Below are positions 13,401-28,400 of a DNA stretch of 64,000 bases, piece after piece. Every line of letters begins with the position of its first letter. Positions within the stretch are counted from its first letter, which is position 1. This DNA comes from Botryllus schlosseri (Eukaryota): positions 41,418,001-41,482,000 of the forward strand of contig CM119371.1 in the NCBI GenBank assembly GCA_051294905.1, given 5' to 3'. The notes beneath the pieces are model-generated. The model was not told the DNA's origin. It saw only the letters and a list, made by a program, of their open reading frames with translations, and did not search any database. The translations under genes and the position numbers were made by a program.

Positions 13401-16400
13401 CCCCTTATACAACCCGGTTTTGTCGACGTTGATTTAAGCATTGGTTGTAGATTGATCGAACGAAGCAGTGACCTTGGAAGGTCCAGCGGCTCAAACTATT
13501 CATACAATAGACAAGCCCCTTGGCTTAATACAACCAACATACTCCAATAATTATAATGCAGACAGCAATGAGGTATCTATGCAAAACTCGGTTAAGTTGG
13601 CACTCGGAACATACGTCAATCACAACACGAGTCAAGATTTAACCTATTCATATTCATGCACGATTAATAACAGTTCAATACTCCAAGGTGTGTTTACACC
13701 ATAAATGTGACGGTATTTCCTGCCGACAATATACATGCATATAATATACAAAAAATATGCCAATCGATGCCACAAAAAAACAATACCACACAGAGTTCAA
13801 GTTGACCAATTTGCCGACCACCTTGTTTATCAGAGTTCCCCAGTCTTCCAGATGCAGATATCAAACTGCAATTAGTCCAGGAACCGACCCCTTGTTTGAG
13901 TCGTTACTACTTAGGATCATCAAGTAGCCTACTTGCGTGCTGTCGATTCGGAGATCGGGCATTCCAAGTCCAACAGAACGCAGGGTTTGTTGAGGGTTCG
14001 TTGTAACGATATCCCGAATGCAATACCTCTATGTTCTTGGCTCTTTCCATCTTTAGCTCATCGGCTTTATGGAGCGATTCCAGCAAATTTGATCGAGCTG
14101 CTTCATTTATGTATACATTGCAATTTCGGTTAGCAGTCGCACCCATTTCATCGCGCTGCTTTATTTCTGTATACTTTGCAACTGCAGCAAGCAGCCGATC
14201 CAATCAATAGCATGTCAAGATTTTTCAGAGGGACATCGGAACATCACCCTTCAATCTCAAAAGACGTCAAACCCTTTCGCAATGCCTCCGTCAATGTCCG
14301 GTTTTCTGGATATAGTCTGCTACTGGATGCTTCGTTTGGGGCTCTGTTTCAGACTGGCGGATTTACTTGGCATAGAGTCACAAGTTCGCCGAAACTAGCG
14401 GACGCACCGATGTCGTCTTTATATGCAATAATTGGATACTACAACTGATTGTACAATTCATGTGGACATCATACATGGCATAGATATGCATACATATATC
14501 AGTCATACTTCGGCTCACTGTAAAAGCTCGCATACATGAAAAAATGGTGGCGCCATTTTTGGTAAAGCAAACTGATGGTATAGCTAACACTTAACATGCA
14601 TACGACACAGTCCCAGATAAGCAGAAAATGATACCATCTCACTTATAATAGTCATATGTGAACCAATATCCCAATTGTAATCATGCTATATTCCTTAATC
14701 TCCGGTATTGGTGTGCTTAAGCTTTTTTATTCATTCGTATATATCGTGCTTCATAAGCAATAGACTAGGCTTATCGCGAATTTCGAACTCACATATGCTC
14801 CAATGCGTTACCCCAAGAGGTCTTTAAATACCCATGTTTCTATTGTCCTATGGTCCATTACACATCAAATTTTCAAACTTTTGTCTCGTTGGGGTGAAGG
14901 GTCCTGACACTAGTAAAGGGGCGGGGTCAGTTATGACGCCTTATTAATACCTACAGTTGTAGTACTCGCTATTGAATTACTGCAGTAACAACCAATCATT
15001 CACATATTAAATGTTCATAACTTATACCTATATCTAAGACATGTTAGCGTCATCTTAAAGCAATATGATGGTAGATGTCAAAGATTAGGTAAATGCAGTA
15101 CTTGAACAATATAAGAAAGATAGGCGTCACGTTGCAATAATACGTCATAGTGAACCCTCACATGAAAATACCCCTTTGCAGATTGATTTTTGCCAATACA
15201 GTAAACTTTCGTAGTTCGTACACGTAATGATTGCAATGCGACAAAATGGCGTTCGTCAGGCGCATTCACTTCGTAAAGTGAATACGCGGACAAAGCGGGT
15301 TTTAGGCTAGTGTCATTTTCCATCATCGACACATCAGTTTCGAAAAACGAATGTGTGGATAAGTTCAACCATGGGTTACTTTTCTAAGGTCTTTATATTA
15401 GCAGTACTGGCCTGAAGTATTCCTAATGTTATAGGCCTAGTAATTCCGGTTACATTATACTTCTTTATTAATCCTAGTTAGTAACCAAGGTATCGATGTA
15501 TATTAATCACAATAGTAGCCCTAAACTTTTGGAATATTAGTCGATCTTCTCCAAGGTCTAGCACCAAAGGTATCGATGTAGCAATTTGAAATCCGTTGAC
15601 ATTGTTGTTTGCGATTAGATAGTCGGCAACTATACTGGCGCTTCAGCGCTACGACGTAAAATCGACACAAGGCCCGATATATGTGACAACACAAAATGGA
15701 CATAGTAGCCAACGAGCTGACTTGCTGCTCCATGACCATTTACAGCGTCTCCACAGGGGCATTGACGTCTTGATCAGAATGGTATTGAGTGTATTGACCT
15801 TGCCGGAATAGTAGCGCTTGTGACGTTCAGATATAGGTAAATATATTTTCAATTTGAGTCAGACCAGGACAACTAGCAAATTTTGAGCTTTTCCAAATTA
15901 GATGAGATTTAGAGCTACACAGCTTTTCCAAATTATGTTAAAATTAGAATTAGAGCTACGCAGCTTTTTCAAATTATGTTAAAATTATATTACTGGCATT
16001 TCGCTCTAATTCCGTGAGATTAGACGACTAGAATTATTTAGTTGTCCAAGCCTGGTTCGAGCCGCCTGCTTGCAGTACCAATAATAAATCCAATTTGACT
16101 TTGTCCTTGTTATTACTTAATGCGACAAGTGGGTATATTTCTGAAGCTATTTTTGAGTTAGTGCGTTTCATCTTACGTCAGCGAGGTAAATTGTCCTCAA
16201 AAACATTAAACAAGAATGCTCTAAAATGCTGACAAAACCATGGAATATCTAGGTACAAAGGCACCCGCCATATTGTCGGCATGAATATGCACAGCGAACG
16301 GCACATATTTATAGACGCACTGCGATACTACACATTTACAACGCCGCAACATACCCTACGGAAACTTTATCGCTGCTAGCGATTATTTTTCATCCTCACT

Positions 16401-19400
16401 AATTCTTGGTCCTAGTTCGGCCCATGTAAGCTTACACGAAATAATAGAGTGTTTTTCGGCATATTCAAATCTTGACTGGAGTCAGGCTCACTTTCAACTA
16501 GACACTTTCATCTCGCCAAATCTGTCGCAGCCAATTACTAAACGCGACAGGATAGTTAGTACGACTGCCCTGGATCGCAGTTTCGTGGTGTTTTGAAATG
16601 ATGAAAATATTATTAAAACTGATTGACTAAACGCGGCATAAGCACTCGTCCTTTCCTGCTTTTATATCTCTAGATATTAGTATCTCTGGACTTTAATTAA
16701 ACTATACTAACTGTCCTACTCAAATTTTCGCGTAAATGAATTACATACTTTTCATATTGATTATTCGAGCGGGTTTCTGCAGATATGGATCAATACCATT
16801 AAGCATGATCCGTTTTGAATACTATCGATAAAACGTATTAATATAGTGTAGCCTTCTTTGTTTCATCCATGGCGACTAGGACTATATACCGCGCATGTTT
16901 GAGAACAAATGGCAATATTCGCGAAGGATTTCATATGTCATCACCCATTCGAATTACAACAGAATATGTCTGAAAGCGAGAGGTGGTCAGTAACGAAGTA
17001 CTTCTACTTTTTGGGATTACTCAAGTAGTTTTCCTCTACTTCTGGTACTTATTCAAGTAGATCTGATTTCCTCTACTTCTACTTTGCAATATTTTGTGAT
17101 CTACTTACTTACTTTTCGCTATTTTCAGTTTGTCAAGTAGAAGTAGTCTAATCCCCCAATACGAACGATAACTTGAGGAATTCCGCGGCTGTTTTCATGG
17201 AGTACCAACATTTAATATTCATAAGAGTCAAGTAAAGCCCAGAAATTTTGTTGCGCTTCGCGCATAGTAGTAATGGAGTGACAAATATGTTTTCGTGAAA
17301 GTATCAGTGAATGTAATTTAGGTACCGGATTGCTTGGTTCCTCTCACACCGCATTGTCGCCCATATGAAATATTTCATCACAGTAAATATGGCCCACCAC
17401 AACATTTGAAACTACCGTTTCGCAATCTAGCAATAGACACTTACGTGACCTTTGACACGAACCAATCAGGTTGCAGCAGGATGTAAACAAAGAACAAGGC
17501 CGGGCAAGCTTACTATGAGCTCTTATGGAAAAGGGTTGAAAAATGAAGGTTTTAAGCAAAATTACGTTGAATTATGGATGACTGGCCTTAATGAATAGTA
17601 ATAGCGTAGAGCTAGTATGTAGTTGCAGCTTTTAGTCTAGGATGAACATGAATGGTGGCAAGTATGCATCAGCGTGCCGTGTCCAAATGCATGAATTTTT
17701 GACAACTTTTCGGATTAAGCGACGATTGTTGTATACTATACTATAGGATTGTGGTAATGCATATTTTGACGATTTCATAGGCTCCAGGTCTCGTGCGAAA
17801 TTTTCAAGCATATCTCATGTTCAGAAATATATGCTTTAAAATATAGCTGCTGCCACGCATCACAATTTTGGTGTATTGATTATGAAACTTGAAAGCTATG
17901 GAGATTCTGTCGAATTTCTGGATTTGAGTGGAACAGCATCTTCTTCTAACACCGCGGAGAAAGCTACGAAGTATTTCATGGAGCGCTACGTACACGACTT
18001 AGGGACAAAGATTGAGGAGACAATCCACTCTTTGTGGAAGCAATATTCTAGTGAGCAGCCAATGTTATCGCAACTTGCGGAAAAGTGAGATATCACACTC
18101 AATGGAAATACACGTTCTCAGAAAATCCATTATTGACTCGTCTTGCACTTGTAAGACAGGGTAAGTAAGGAAAAGGACATTTTTTAGAGACTCCTGCAAT
18201 AGATAATGTACCCATGATTTATTTTCACATTAGGTTCTGATATGCTACAAAGACTACATTGTGATTTGCATCAGCATCAGCGAGCTCGATCGTGATTGAC
18301 AAGCAATCTCTCGACCGTACTCGCAGCGGATCAACTCCTGCCTCAAGGTAGATTTTGGTGTGTTCAGTTTTATAGCATTCCACCAAACACAAATAATCCT
18401 AGAACATTTTCACCTGGAGAATTGTTCATTCAATAAATTGGGCATCTACATGAGCTTCAATGCACACCACTGGAATATAGTATGAATAGACATGCACTGT
18501 TGGTACACATTGACCATGGCACCGCGCAATTATGATCCGTAGCATGCTATTAGGCATGACGATATTCACAATGGAACTGAATTTGCACAATTGCCGAATA
18601 TGTTGCGTCATTCATTTTAAATTTTTAATCTTGAATTAGAGTAAGCAATTAGTCCATATTTGGTTAGTTGATACGAAATGCTGCACAGTATGATACCAGA
18701 CAAAATTTTATACTCCTTGATTCTTCCAATCAGCTGTTCAATATGAATACGTTGTCTCGCCATCTTTCTTGTTGAGGAACAGTCTGGCTCAGGCATTTGA
18801 CGGTGTGCCAAATCATGTGCAGGAATATTTAAATCTAGATTCAATTTCTTGATTTCAGACTCAATGGTGAATCCCTTTTCTGCCATGATAGCATTTCCTG
18901 GTTCACCATAGCTGAACTCCATCATTTTCTTACATTTCTTGTCGAATCCACATATTTCACTAATATTTCGATCTGAAATGGTCCCTGTGAACAGTTCCTG
19001 CACAAAAGTATGTGCACCACAATCCATCAATCCTTTCAAATTGTAAGTAATTTATTGACAGTCAATAATCATTCTAGTTTTGAGAAATCATGAATGAATG
19101 CAAATGGTGCATTTTTAAGAACCACATATCTACGTGGCCAAATCGAAATTTATGAAGCAGTTACATACGGTTGACCCAATGGTTTAATACTATGCTTACA
19201 GCAATACTATAAACTTGACGTCAGTAGGATAAGTCGGGAAATTCAGAAAGAATTTAATGTAGTCAAGCATAAAATTTCAGCTTCTACGCATCTTTTGACA
19301 TTATTGATGCTCCTCTGAGAACTGAACTTCACTAGCAATAATTGTCCGTCAAATTGTAATTTTCCTGGACGAGTTTCCTGTTTTGTGCTTCTACTTCTTA

Positions 19401-22400
19401 CAGAGATTTGATTTTCTTGCGTTTTATCCATCGACTTCCTCTTTCTGCAGCTTCATAAAAGAGACATCAAGCCTGCACAAAAGATATAATATGTTTATTT
19501 TGCAGAGCAACACTGCTGTGCAGGCACCTATCAAGGCGTACTCGTCCGACTCATGCAACGTATCACCGCTACCAATTTCAACTATTCATCTAATTATTGA
19601 ACATATTGCTCTCAACAAGTTCAATCCATTACACACCATCAAGCAACAAAACTGGAGTGGAATAAAACGAGACACACACCAAGTCGATTGTGGCATCAAG
19701 TGTGACTGCCTTTCAGATTGGACTCATTTTGAAGCACAGAATTGTTTCATCTAAATTATGTCACTATTCAATATTTTTGGTACAATAATAGATGTCATTT
19801 TATTAATAAAATGAGAATTCAGATGACTACAAGGAAGTCCACATGCCTTTATCCAGATTTTACATTCTTCCATGCATGTTATTGGCTCTGGGAAAGGTAC
19901 AAGCGCACACCAGGAACGGTCTGGGTAGCCATCTCGAAATTACACAGGCTATTAGCAGTGTTTATCCAGCATTTGTCCCGATTGATTCAGTACATGAGCT
20001 AGAACAAAAAATGACGATTTCAGCTGGGAACGGATCATGTTGCCTAACATATATCATATTAATATGATCATTTAATATGCAGACAAGTGTCCAGTGTAAC
20101 AGTAATTTGCTAGATAATGATACAGACTGTAGTCTGTACTACATACGATTCCATAAATAGAACGCATATAACGCCAAGCCCACATAATGAATACCCCACA
20201 TATCCTGACTCAAGATTAATCTAATACATGCTATTCGGTACGACAATCTTATAGTATACGACTAAGGATAAAGGATAATACAGGAATAGTTGCTTCATCC
20301 GAAAAGTTGTCAGAAATCCATTCATTTGGACATACCATGCTCATGAGTGCTTGCCACCATTCATGGTTATTGTAGGTTAGAACACTGCAAATACATACTA
20401 GCTCTACGTTATTACCATTCACCAAAGCCAGCTATTCTCAATTCAATGTAATTTTGTTAAAAACCTTCATATTTCAACCCTTTTCCATAAGCGCTCATAG
20501 TAAGCTTGCCCGGCCTTGTTCTTTGTTTACATCCTGCTGCAACCTGATTGGTTCGTGTCAAAGGTCACGTAAGTGTCTATTACCTATCATACTGTAATCT
20601 AGCAGCTCCTTACGTGTCTTGATAATCTGAAAAATCCAGCTTTTTTGAACGTTACACCTGTTTTAGCAGATGACCTTTTAAGCTTTGTGGACAAAATACA
20701 GGAAATAAATTATCCGCTTTTTAGAAGTGGTATTTGTATTTCATTTTAATTGCGAGTATCATACTTTTACTTTCATAGATGTTAAAGCATAAACACATGT
20801 GTCGTAATGCCTCCATTTTCCGAAAATAAAACTAGCCTACACTAAATATAACTTTTGCGCTCCACAATATTTGTTATTAACGTATGATAATCACGCAAGG
20901 TGATGTAACCGTATCCGATACATTTTCTACGTATTGCTCTTCGCCTAAACTTGGGGCCTTATAATATGGGGTAGGGCGCCATCCCATGATATTCTCTAAA
21001 AACGGGGTGTTCCAGTAAACAAAAGATAAGTATCGCATTTTCATATCAGTACTATAATTTGCATCCCATGATGCGAAACAATAGTTATTATGTAGAAAGT
21101 TGATAACTCCTGGGATGCATCAATACGAATCAAGCTCCCTGCACGGGCCGCATAGCTCAATTCGCAGCTTTTGACAGTCCATGCGAACGAATTAAGACTG
21201 TTTTCAAAACTACTAACTTACTTGAGTAGATATAAAGTCAGTTAATTCTACTTCTACTTCAAGTAGTTTTAGGTGGCTTATTGAAGAAGTACTTCTACTT
21301 GTACTTGAGTAGATTTTTCCGTCGCTACTCCTACTTCTACTTGAGTAGCTTTCTTGACCACTTTGGCCACCTCTGCTGATATCATCCATAAGTCAGTTTT
21401 TCTTTTCTTTAGCAATTGTCATATAATTCGGACCCTCTCTGTCTTTCAGCGTTCCCTTTATTTGAATTCAAAACGACTAGCACTTTTTATACAGTTGCAC
21501 TGTGTTCCAGAATAGCTATAACCATAAACTCTTGTGACCTCAGAACAGTGTGGAGATCAAACCACTACCTTCGAGTCACGAGTCACCTTGAGACATTAGT
21601 CACATTACACATTTCGACCCGAGCCCAGCCAAGTACCGTCAAGTCATCATTCAAGCCAAATTGAATTTTCGAAGTATGCATGATTGCATGATGATGCAAA
21701 GTCACTACACTTTGCCAACTGGGTGTAGGACAAATTAATTGGTCATTTATCTTGAATCAAATACTGAATAAACTTAAATATACATACGCTCTGATCTTCG
21801 ATGACGTAACCTCGGTGCAACAATGCCAGCCTCGTCCGTGCGTAGATGCGGTCTGTCTAAGCTTCAATTCCTCCGCTTCGTGTTGGAGTCCGAATTGGAC
21901 TGGATAGATGGTGATTCGAGGCTGCTTATATGCATTTCTGTTTCAAAAACAAACAAAGACTTCCCTGCCAAGAGCTGGCTATAAGTTTCGGGCCCAGTTC
22001 GTGATGAGTTATTTTCTTTTTAATCTTTTTATGAATCACAGTTCGTGCTCCATCCGCGGCCATTAACTAATTGTTTTCGGCTCTATCAGCTACCAAAATG
22101 GCACAGCTTCGTGTGCGAGTTAATCTCCCTCATCATTATAAATGACCCATTATAACGACTTCGTGCACGAGCAGAAATGACCAAGTGTCACGATTCGGCC
22201 TCGGCTCCTTATTTGGATAGAAACATCGGTCGCCATTTTGATTTTGCGTCAACACAATACCTTGCAGTAGCCTACCTCGCTCGCTGCAATCACCTTTTCC
22301 TCGCTCAGGGAAATACTTTACTTTTTGGTTGCAAAGTAGGTACCCTATTTAGGTTTTCTTTCACCAGCTTACTCAGTAACCCACACGCAACAACGTCTAA

Positions 22401-25400
22401 CCACAAGAATTCTTCAATTCGGATTTCCATGCGAAGCCTAGCCAAAACTCCGAGATCTCAATATTTTTAGGCGTCAGAGGCATAGCCTATACGATTCAAG
22501 CCACGTTGACCCATAATTGGCTGAAGCGCCGACTTTGAGAATCACAATTAGCCCCTTTTTTTATCAAAAAAGACCCCTATTGCTCATCTATTTCTTTATG
22601 CCGCCAGCGGGCGCTGTTGTTTCATTATGCGCACAAAAAATTCAATCGAGGTTTCCATACACTGGACTATGGTACATAAATTTACAACATATGTCTTAAC
22701 AATTGTTCTTTTTGCGTTGTATTGAGGCATAGCAAGTTCATGGATCTTTTATTGACAACTTGGCCTTTCCTTACGCTATTCTCAGGGTATAACTAGGCTG
22801 AGCGCTGTTCGTAAATCATGGCATTTGAGATTATTCGCACGCACCACTAACGGCGCGCAAGATTCACGTCAGATACAATGTCGCAATGCTAAGGTCAGAT
22901 TACTTCGCATGTGGTGTGCAACTCAAGTTTCAGAACATCCAATCTAGCGATTACGCTTTCGCTCACGTACGCACGTAGCATAGAGAGTACCGCACGAATA
23001 ATTTGGCGATTATTGTATCTTCTTTGTACGGGCGAAATCAGAATACATGTAGGCTATTCTTGCGCGTTGTGTCAAATACAAGCGACATCATATGCCAACG
23101 ATTGCCAACATACTGCACTGATCACCGGCGTAAATAACAATCCAAATTGGGTTCAAATTTAGGATCACGTACCATTGTTGGTTTTCTTGCCATGAATTTA
23201 TTGGAATACTTTCAGCAGCAATTCAAAAGGTCATGAATTCCTTGCATTCGCAACGTATCTCCAAGGCTACGCGTAGCTCTCATAGGTCGTGGCTATTTGA
23301 TACATTCGTATTATAATTATCGTGTAACTCAACGCCTGAACTGTAATCGGCTTAGCAGCGAATCTTGGCCGGCTGGGAATTCAACGTCGAGTTAACTTTA
23401 TGTTTTCTTTCACCAAATAGTCACAAATTCGCGGAGTTTAAAAGGGTCCAAAAATACAACTACAGGTCACATTTCTTTAGTAAATTAACAGTCGGCTGCA
23501 CGCCTCATATTAACTTTGCTGCAACGATAGTTTTTCGCATCTCATTCTAGTTACCATATGGCATCGATTATGGAATTTGACTCCTTATAATTTCCTGAAT
23601 TTGCATCGCACGTCAACAAGCTTTCACGGATAGCCTATTCACTCTATCGGGCCAGATTTAAAAATGTTGCCGCAGTTCGCTGATTATAGCCGCGGCGTCG
23701 AGTTCATATTTCGACTCATTCAAAATGGCCGACGAATTATTCTTCTGTCAATTTATGGTTGTTTCTAGCAATTATCCTTGTTACACGTACACTACATTAA
23801 TACCCTCAAGTTCAGATTACTCTACACTACATTTCCACCATTTTCTTTACGCTTACACGTCAATTTTTGGTGGGGTTAAATTCATCTGTTCCATATAAGT
23901 TCAAATAAACTTCAATAAATTATATGCTTCGTCATAATGCACTTCTTTTACAACCATTCTTTCGAATTTCAAACAGTGTTCACCGTGTAGAGTAGGGTTC
24001 TTAGTATACTTGTACCACTTTTTTAGTAGTTCTACGTCTAGTTCAAGCTCCGGATTTCGAAAAGTAGTTGTAGCTCTAGTTCTAGTTATGTTGCTGTTAT
24101 TGTTTATTAAAAGAAAAATTTGGCGCTTATCACTTGTTTGTCTTTTGCACCACGGTCAATAATTGCGCAGGAAATGAAAAGCAGTCAATGATGGTTCTAG
24201 TTGTATATTTAAATTGTAGCGTAGCATCTCATGGAATACATCGGAGCCGGAGCAACATTTGAAACAATCGTCTGCAGCTCCGGCTCCGGCTCCACTTGAA
24301 GTTTATCCATAGCTCCGACTCCAGCTCACGATCCGCTGAAAATACACGGCTCCGGGACTCCGGCTCCTTGCTCCGGCTCCGGCTCCGGCTTCAAAGCCCT
24401 GCATCGTAGTCAGCTGGCAAGCTTCGTCAGGCTCATTGTCATTAACCTCGTGCGAAGCGTCGGCGAAAGTCGGGTTTGAGCAGTACCGATACTAATTCTA
24501 ATGGCCGGTTTGCGTTCGTCTGCGTAAGTGTCACAATAGAGGAAAGCTCAGTTTTAGTGTTTTATATGCACAACTGTTTAATTTTCCTCAAGGGCAACAT
24601 TTAAGGCAGAAATGGATTAGAGCAATTCCATGCAAAGATTGGATGGTTACTTATTACTATATACACCAGGGTGTGTGCGGAGCATTTCTTCTGAGGACTT
24701 CATGGAAGATATCCGGTGATACAAACAGCACCCGCCGAAACAAGCATAAAATTTAGAAATTATTCAGATCGCGTTTTACACCTGGTGATGTTCCTCACAT
24801 TTTCCAGATTTTCTCGGAATATTTGAGTGCACCGAGCCCCAAATCTCGGAGTACCACATCAAGTGCTTCGGCAAGACGTGATACGAAAAATTCTCTAATA
24901 GCGGCTCGTAAAAAGTAGATATTTCTGCTTGAGAAAATTGAAGCATTAGCTTCTCCGAATGAAAAGATTCATCGTGTGACACTACCTTCTGGATATATAT
25001 ATTTGCGTATAATAATGAGTCACTGCAATTTCACTTGATAGAGACAGAGAATCTTGCAACATCAATTGTCATAAAAAAGAAGTTGGAAGTATTTGCTTGT
25101 GCAAATTCCAAAACGGACCTCAGATCGATGTATGAGAACGTGAACAATGAAAGTAAGCGAAATTTCTGTTACAAGCTCTTAAAGCTGTTACAACTCGGAG
25201 AAGATTATAAATGGTTGGTGAGCTGTCTTTCGTCTGTTTCCGCACCGCTGAATTTTATCCCAACTGCATCGAATATGCATGGACCGCCAAGAATTGCTCA
25301 CCGTGACGATCCGGATGTGGATTTCTGCTTCCCAAAAGAATACAAAAGAATATTTAAAATGGCTGAGCGAGGTGGATATGCTGAGCCTACCGGGTTCTGC

Positions 25401-28400
25401 TTTGCAATGACGGCGCTTGGTGCTAAATATTCCACCATCATAAGTGATTCCATCGATTTGAAGAAAAAATGATTTAGTAGTCATCAATACCAAAGAACTG
25501 TATTCATTAAGGCAAATCATGAGGTGGTTCATTCCTCCAGCCTAATGCGCGTACTTTTGAAATAACTGTTGTCAATCTGGTCATGCTCACTTCAATTCCA
25601 GCGTCCAGCTTTTAATTGCTTTGCAAAGACCGAACTTGAGCGATTCAAATGCAAACCAACTCTTGTTCTGCTGCCAGCAAAGAAACTCTGCAAAATTAGG
25701 AAGATAGGAACTATTTGAGTTTTTTGTTGATAATCCCCGGATCAAGGATAATCCGACAATTATCAACGAAAAACGCGAATAACTCCGCTTCTACAAGTCA
25801 GAATTGACTCAAATTTGTTTTGCATCGTCTTTGAAGACAGCTCAAAAATTTCATGGGGTTGACAAAAAAATTTGAAATTTTTTTTTTTTAATTTTTATTA
25901 ATAAATTAAAAATTTCAATTCAAGATTGCACGGCCTTGACTGGTTGGAATTGAGTCAAATTTGGTGTGCATCGTTTTCTTGGACAACCTGACGATTTAGT
26001 CAGTAGGCGAGTGAGATTTGGAAAAAAAAGTTTTTTTTTGAACAACCCTAGTGTGTATGCTTGAAATCAGTACAGTGTGTAACGAGAAAATTAGAAAGAT
26101 GCATCTCTGTATTGGTTGCTGACTCATACACGAGAGCAACGCGTCGATTGTTATATCTACATTGTAATTATACAGTATGGGATATATGTCGTGTTCGAAT
26201 GATTCGTACATATTAGGTTGTTGAGAGTCCATGTTATGAAAACTGATAAAATATGAAAAAATGAAGGAAATTTAAAAAGGCAATCCTTCATGCATAGTGA
26301 ATAATTCGAGCTGTGCCACAATGAAACAATTTTGCATGTCATCGTTAATCATATGTTTAATGGTTATATGATAGTCATTTAGCCGTCACTGTGGCATATA
26401 ATTTTCGAAGTAAATTGGTAATATTGTTGGAGTCGGGGTTGGAGTCGGAGTCGGAGTAGGTATTTGTAAAGACTCGGGAGTCGGAGTCGGAGCCGGAGTC
26501 GAAGTCGGTACATTTACAGACTCAGGAGTCGGAGTCGGAGTCGGTCCATTCAAAATGTGTGGAGTCGGAGTCGGAGTTGGAGTCGGTGCTAAAATTTACC
26601 GACTCCACATCCCGGGCTCAGAGTCACGATAACTAAAAGTCTCGTAGCCAGGGGGTTGGTTTTTGGGGCGAAAACCCGTCCATTTCAACCTCAAAACCCC
26701 GCCCTTTTGAAATACCGATTCTATCTGCAATATTTCTTATCACATTTGCAATTCAGAAATTGGTATTATCCGGGCTGCTAACTAGCAACAATCGACAATT
26801 TCTTCGTAAGTGAATCCCGTTCGTTGTGGATATTTAAAGATCGTTAGTTCTATACTGCTAGTTGCGAGTTCTTATAAACATGAGCAGTTCTAGCTAAGCA
26901 TTTTGAAAATACAGTAGTCTGTACCAGTCTGGCAAGCACGTCGATTGTAGGGTCACTCCCGTGATTCCAGTGTTGGGATCAAGTCGCTACCTTCGAGTCA
27001 CAAGTCATTTCGAGTCATTGCCAATTTTGACTCGAGTCAAGTCAAGTCCCTCGATTTTCGGAGGTGACTCGAGTCGAGTCGAGTCAAGTAAAGTCAAGTC
27101 ACGAGTCAAGTTAAATTGTCTTTTCGAAGTATTCGAGGTATGATTAATAAGTCATTGCATTCCGCATATATTTTAAATCGAAGCCCTAATATAGAATTAA
27201 ATAGACATGCAAAAATGCGACGCTCACACATGCGTGGGATTGATAAACTACATAGGTATATGTCTACTCTATGTCTATAATGGAACATCTGATAGTTGAA
27301 AGGAATAGATATGATGCACTACACAATTTCATATCCATGGGATGCAATTTAAACCTGCGCCAGACGAGTAATATAAAATATGTTCGAATTCAATTTAAAT
27401 CATACATGAGGTTTGGTTAAGGTGAGCACCGTTCACCAATATCCCCTGATCAGTCTAGGGATACTTTGCTAATATATTGCTTTCCTACTAGTTACCAACA
27501 GCGTGCGTTGCAAGCTTCAGTCATTTCGTTTGCGGTCAATTTATTTGTTGTAAAACAATGGACGTTCATTAAAACGCAAAATCATTGAATGAATTAAATT
27601 GGTTGCTCTCACAGGTCACACCAGCGTATCGACAACAATCATAACATATGAAAGATACAGCGGTTTTAGCGACACCGATTTCTTGATGACTTGAAATTGA
27701 CTCGTATATTTTGCTCCGACTCAAGAGTCAATCCGCATTTTTGAAACGCCGAGTCAAGTCAAATTAAGTCATGTTTGCAAAGTGACTCGAGTCAAGTCAA
27801 GTCATACGAAAAAGGTTACTGGAGTCTGACTCGAGTCAAGTCAAGACTCGAGTCATCCCGTGCAACACTGAGTGATTCCCTGAAGAATTTTATTCTTCGA
27901 AATCAGTGAAACCATCCCATTCCAATAACAGATTACACCGCAACTATTCGATGTATAAACGGAAGTAATGGCGCGCGTTATGATCGGAGTTCTCTTCAAG
28001 AATATTCTTGTTCGGTTACATGGGAATCGGTGTCGATATACGTGAGTTGTTTAACTCAGTGACTCCTTTTCAGCAACAGGCACACTGTTACAATGTTACC
28101 TTCGAAGTGCATGCCTTATTCTAAGTATACAAATGAACTAACTCCAAAAGTTATCAACTGCTAAACTCATTAAATATTAAATTTTAAATTCAATCTGAAC
28201 CAGTGTCGGCAAAATGATAGCGTCCTAACGTTAGGGTTACCATACGTCGTCTTCTAAGAGGATTTGTCCTCTTTTTTTGAAAATTTTGGTTAAATGCATG
28301 TGAAATTTAAAATGAGATATAGTAAATTAGAACTCAACTAACTCTTTTGGGAGTTGAGCCAGAAAGACGATCTTTTTTTTACTCAACACCGCGAAATTAA

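Larger units (their letters stand above)
16978..21375. mobile_element. hAT-like MITE (GAGAGGTGG...CCACCTCTG, TACTT-rich subtermini) split by the ISL2EU insertion; related copy ~1215-1915
   Basis: Termini plus a diverged flank CTGAAAGC/CTGATATC. 20700-21375 aligns by eye with 1215-1915. Confidence 0.55.

Noticed and set aside
10260..14800. LTR pair for the gypsy-like element (~10280-10360 versus ~14720-14780)
   Set aside because: Only weak AT-rich similarity; no clear TG...CA ends or TSD.
21780..22300. BED-finger hAT transposase start on the minus strand
   Set aside because: Too degenerate to support by eye.
3928..24401. Inverted (GGAGCC)n ends as one 20-kb composite transposon carrying three GPCR exons
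   Set aside because: The flanks GTCACAAC and CATCGTAG do not match as a TSD, and the exons stay collinear with the rest of the gene.
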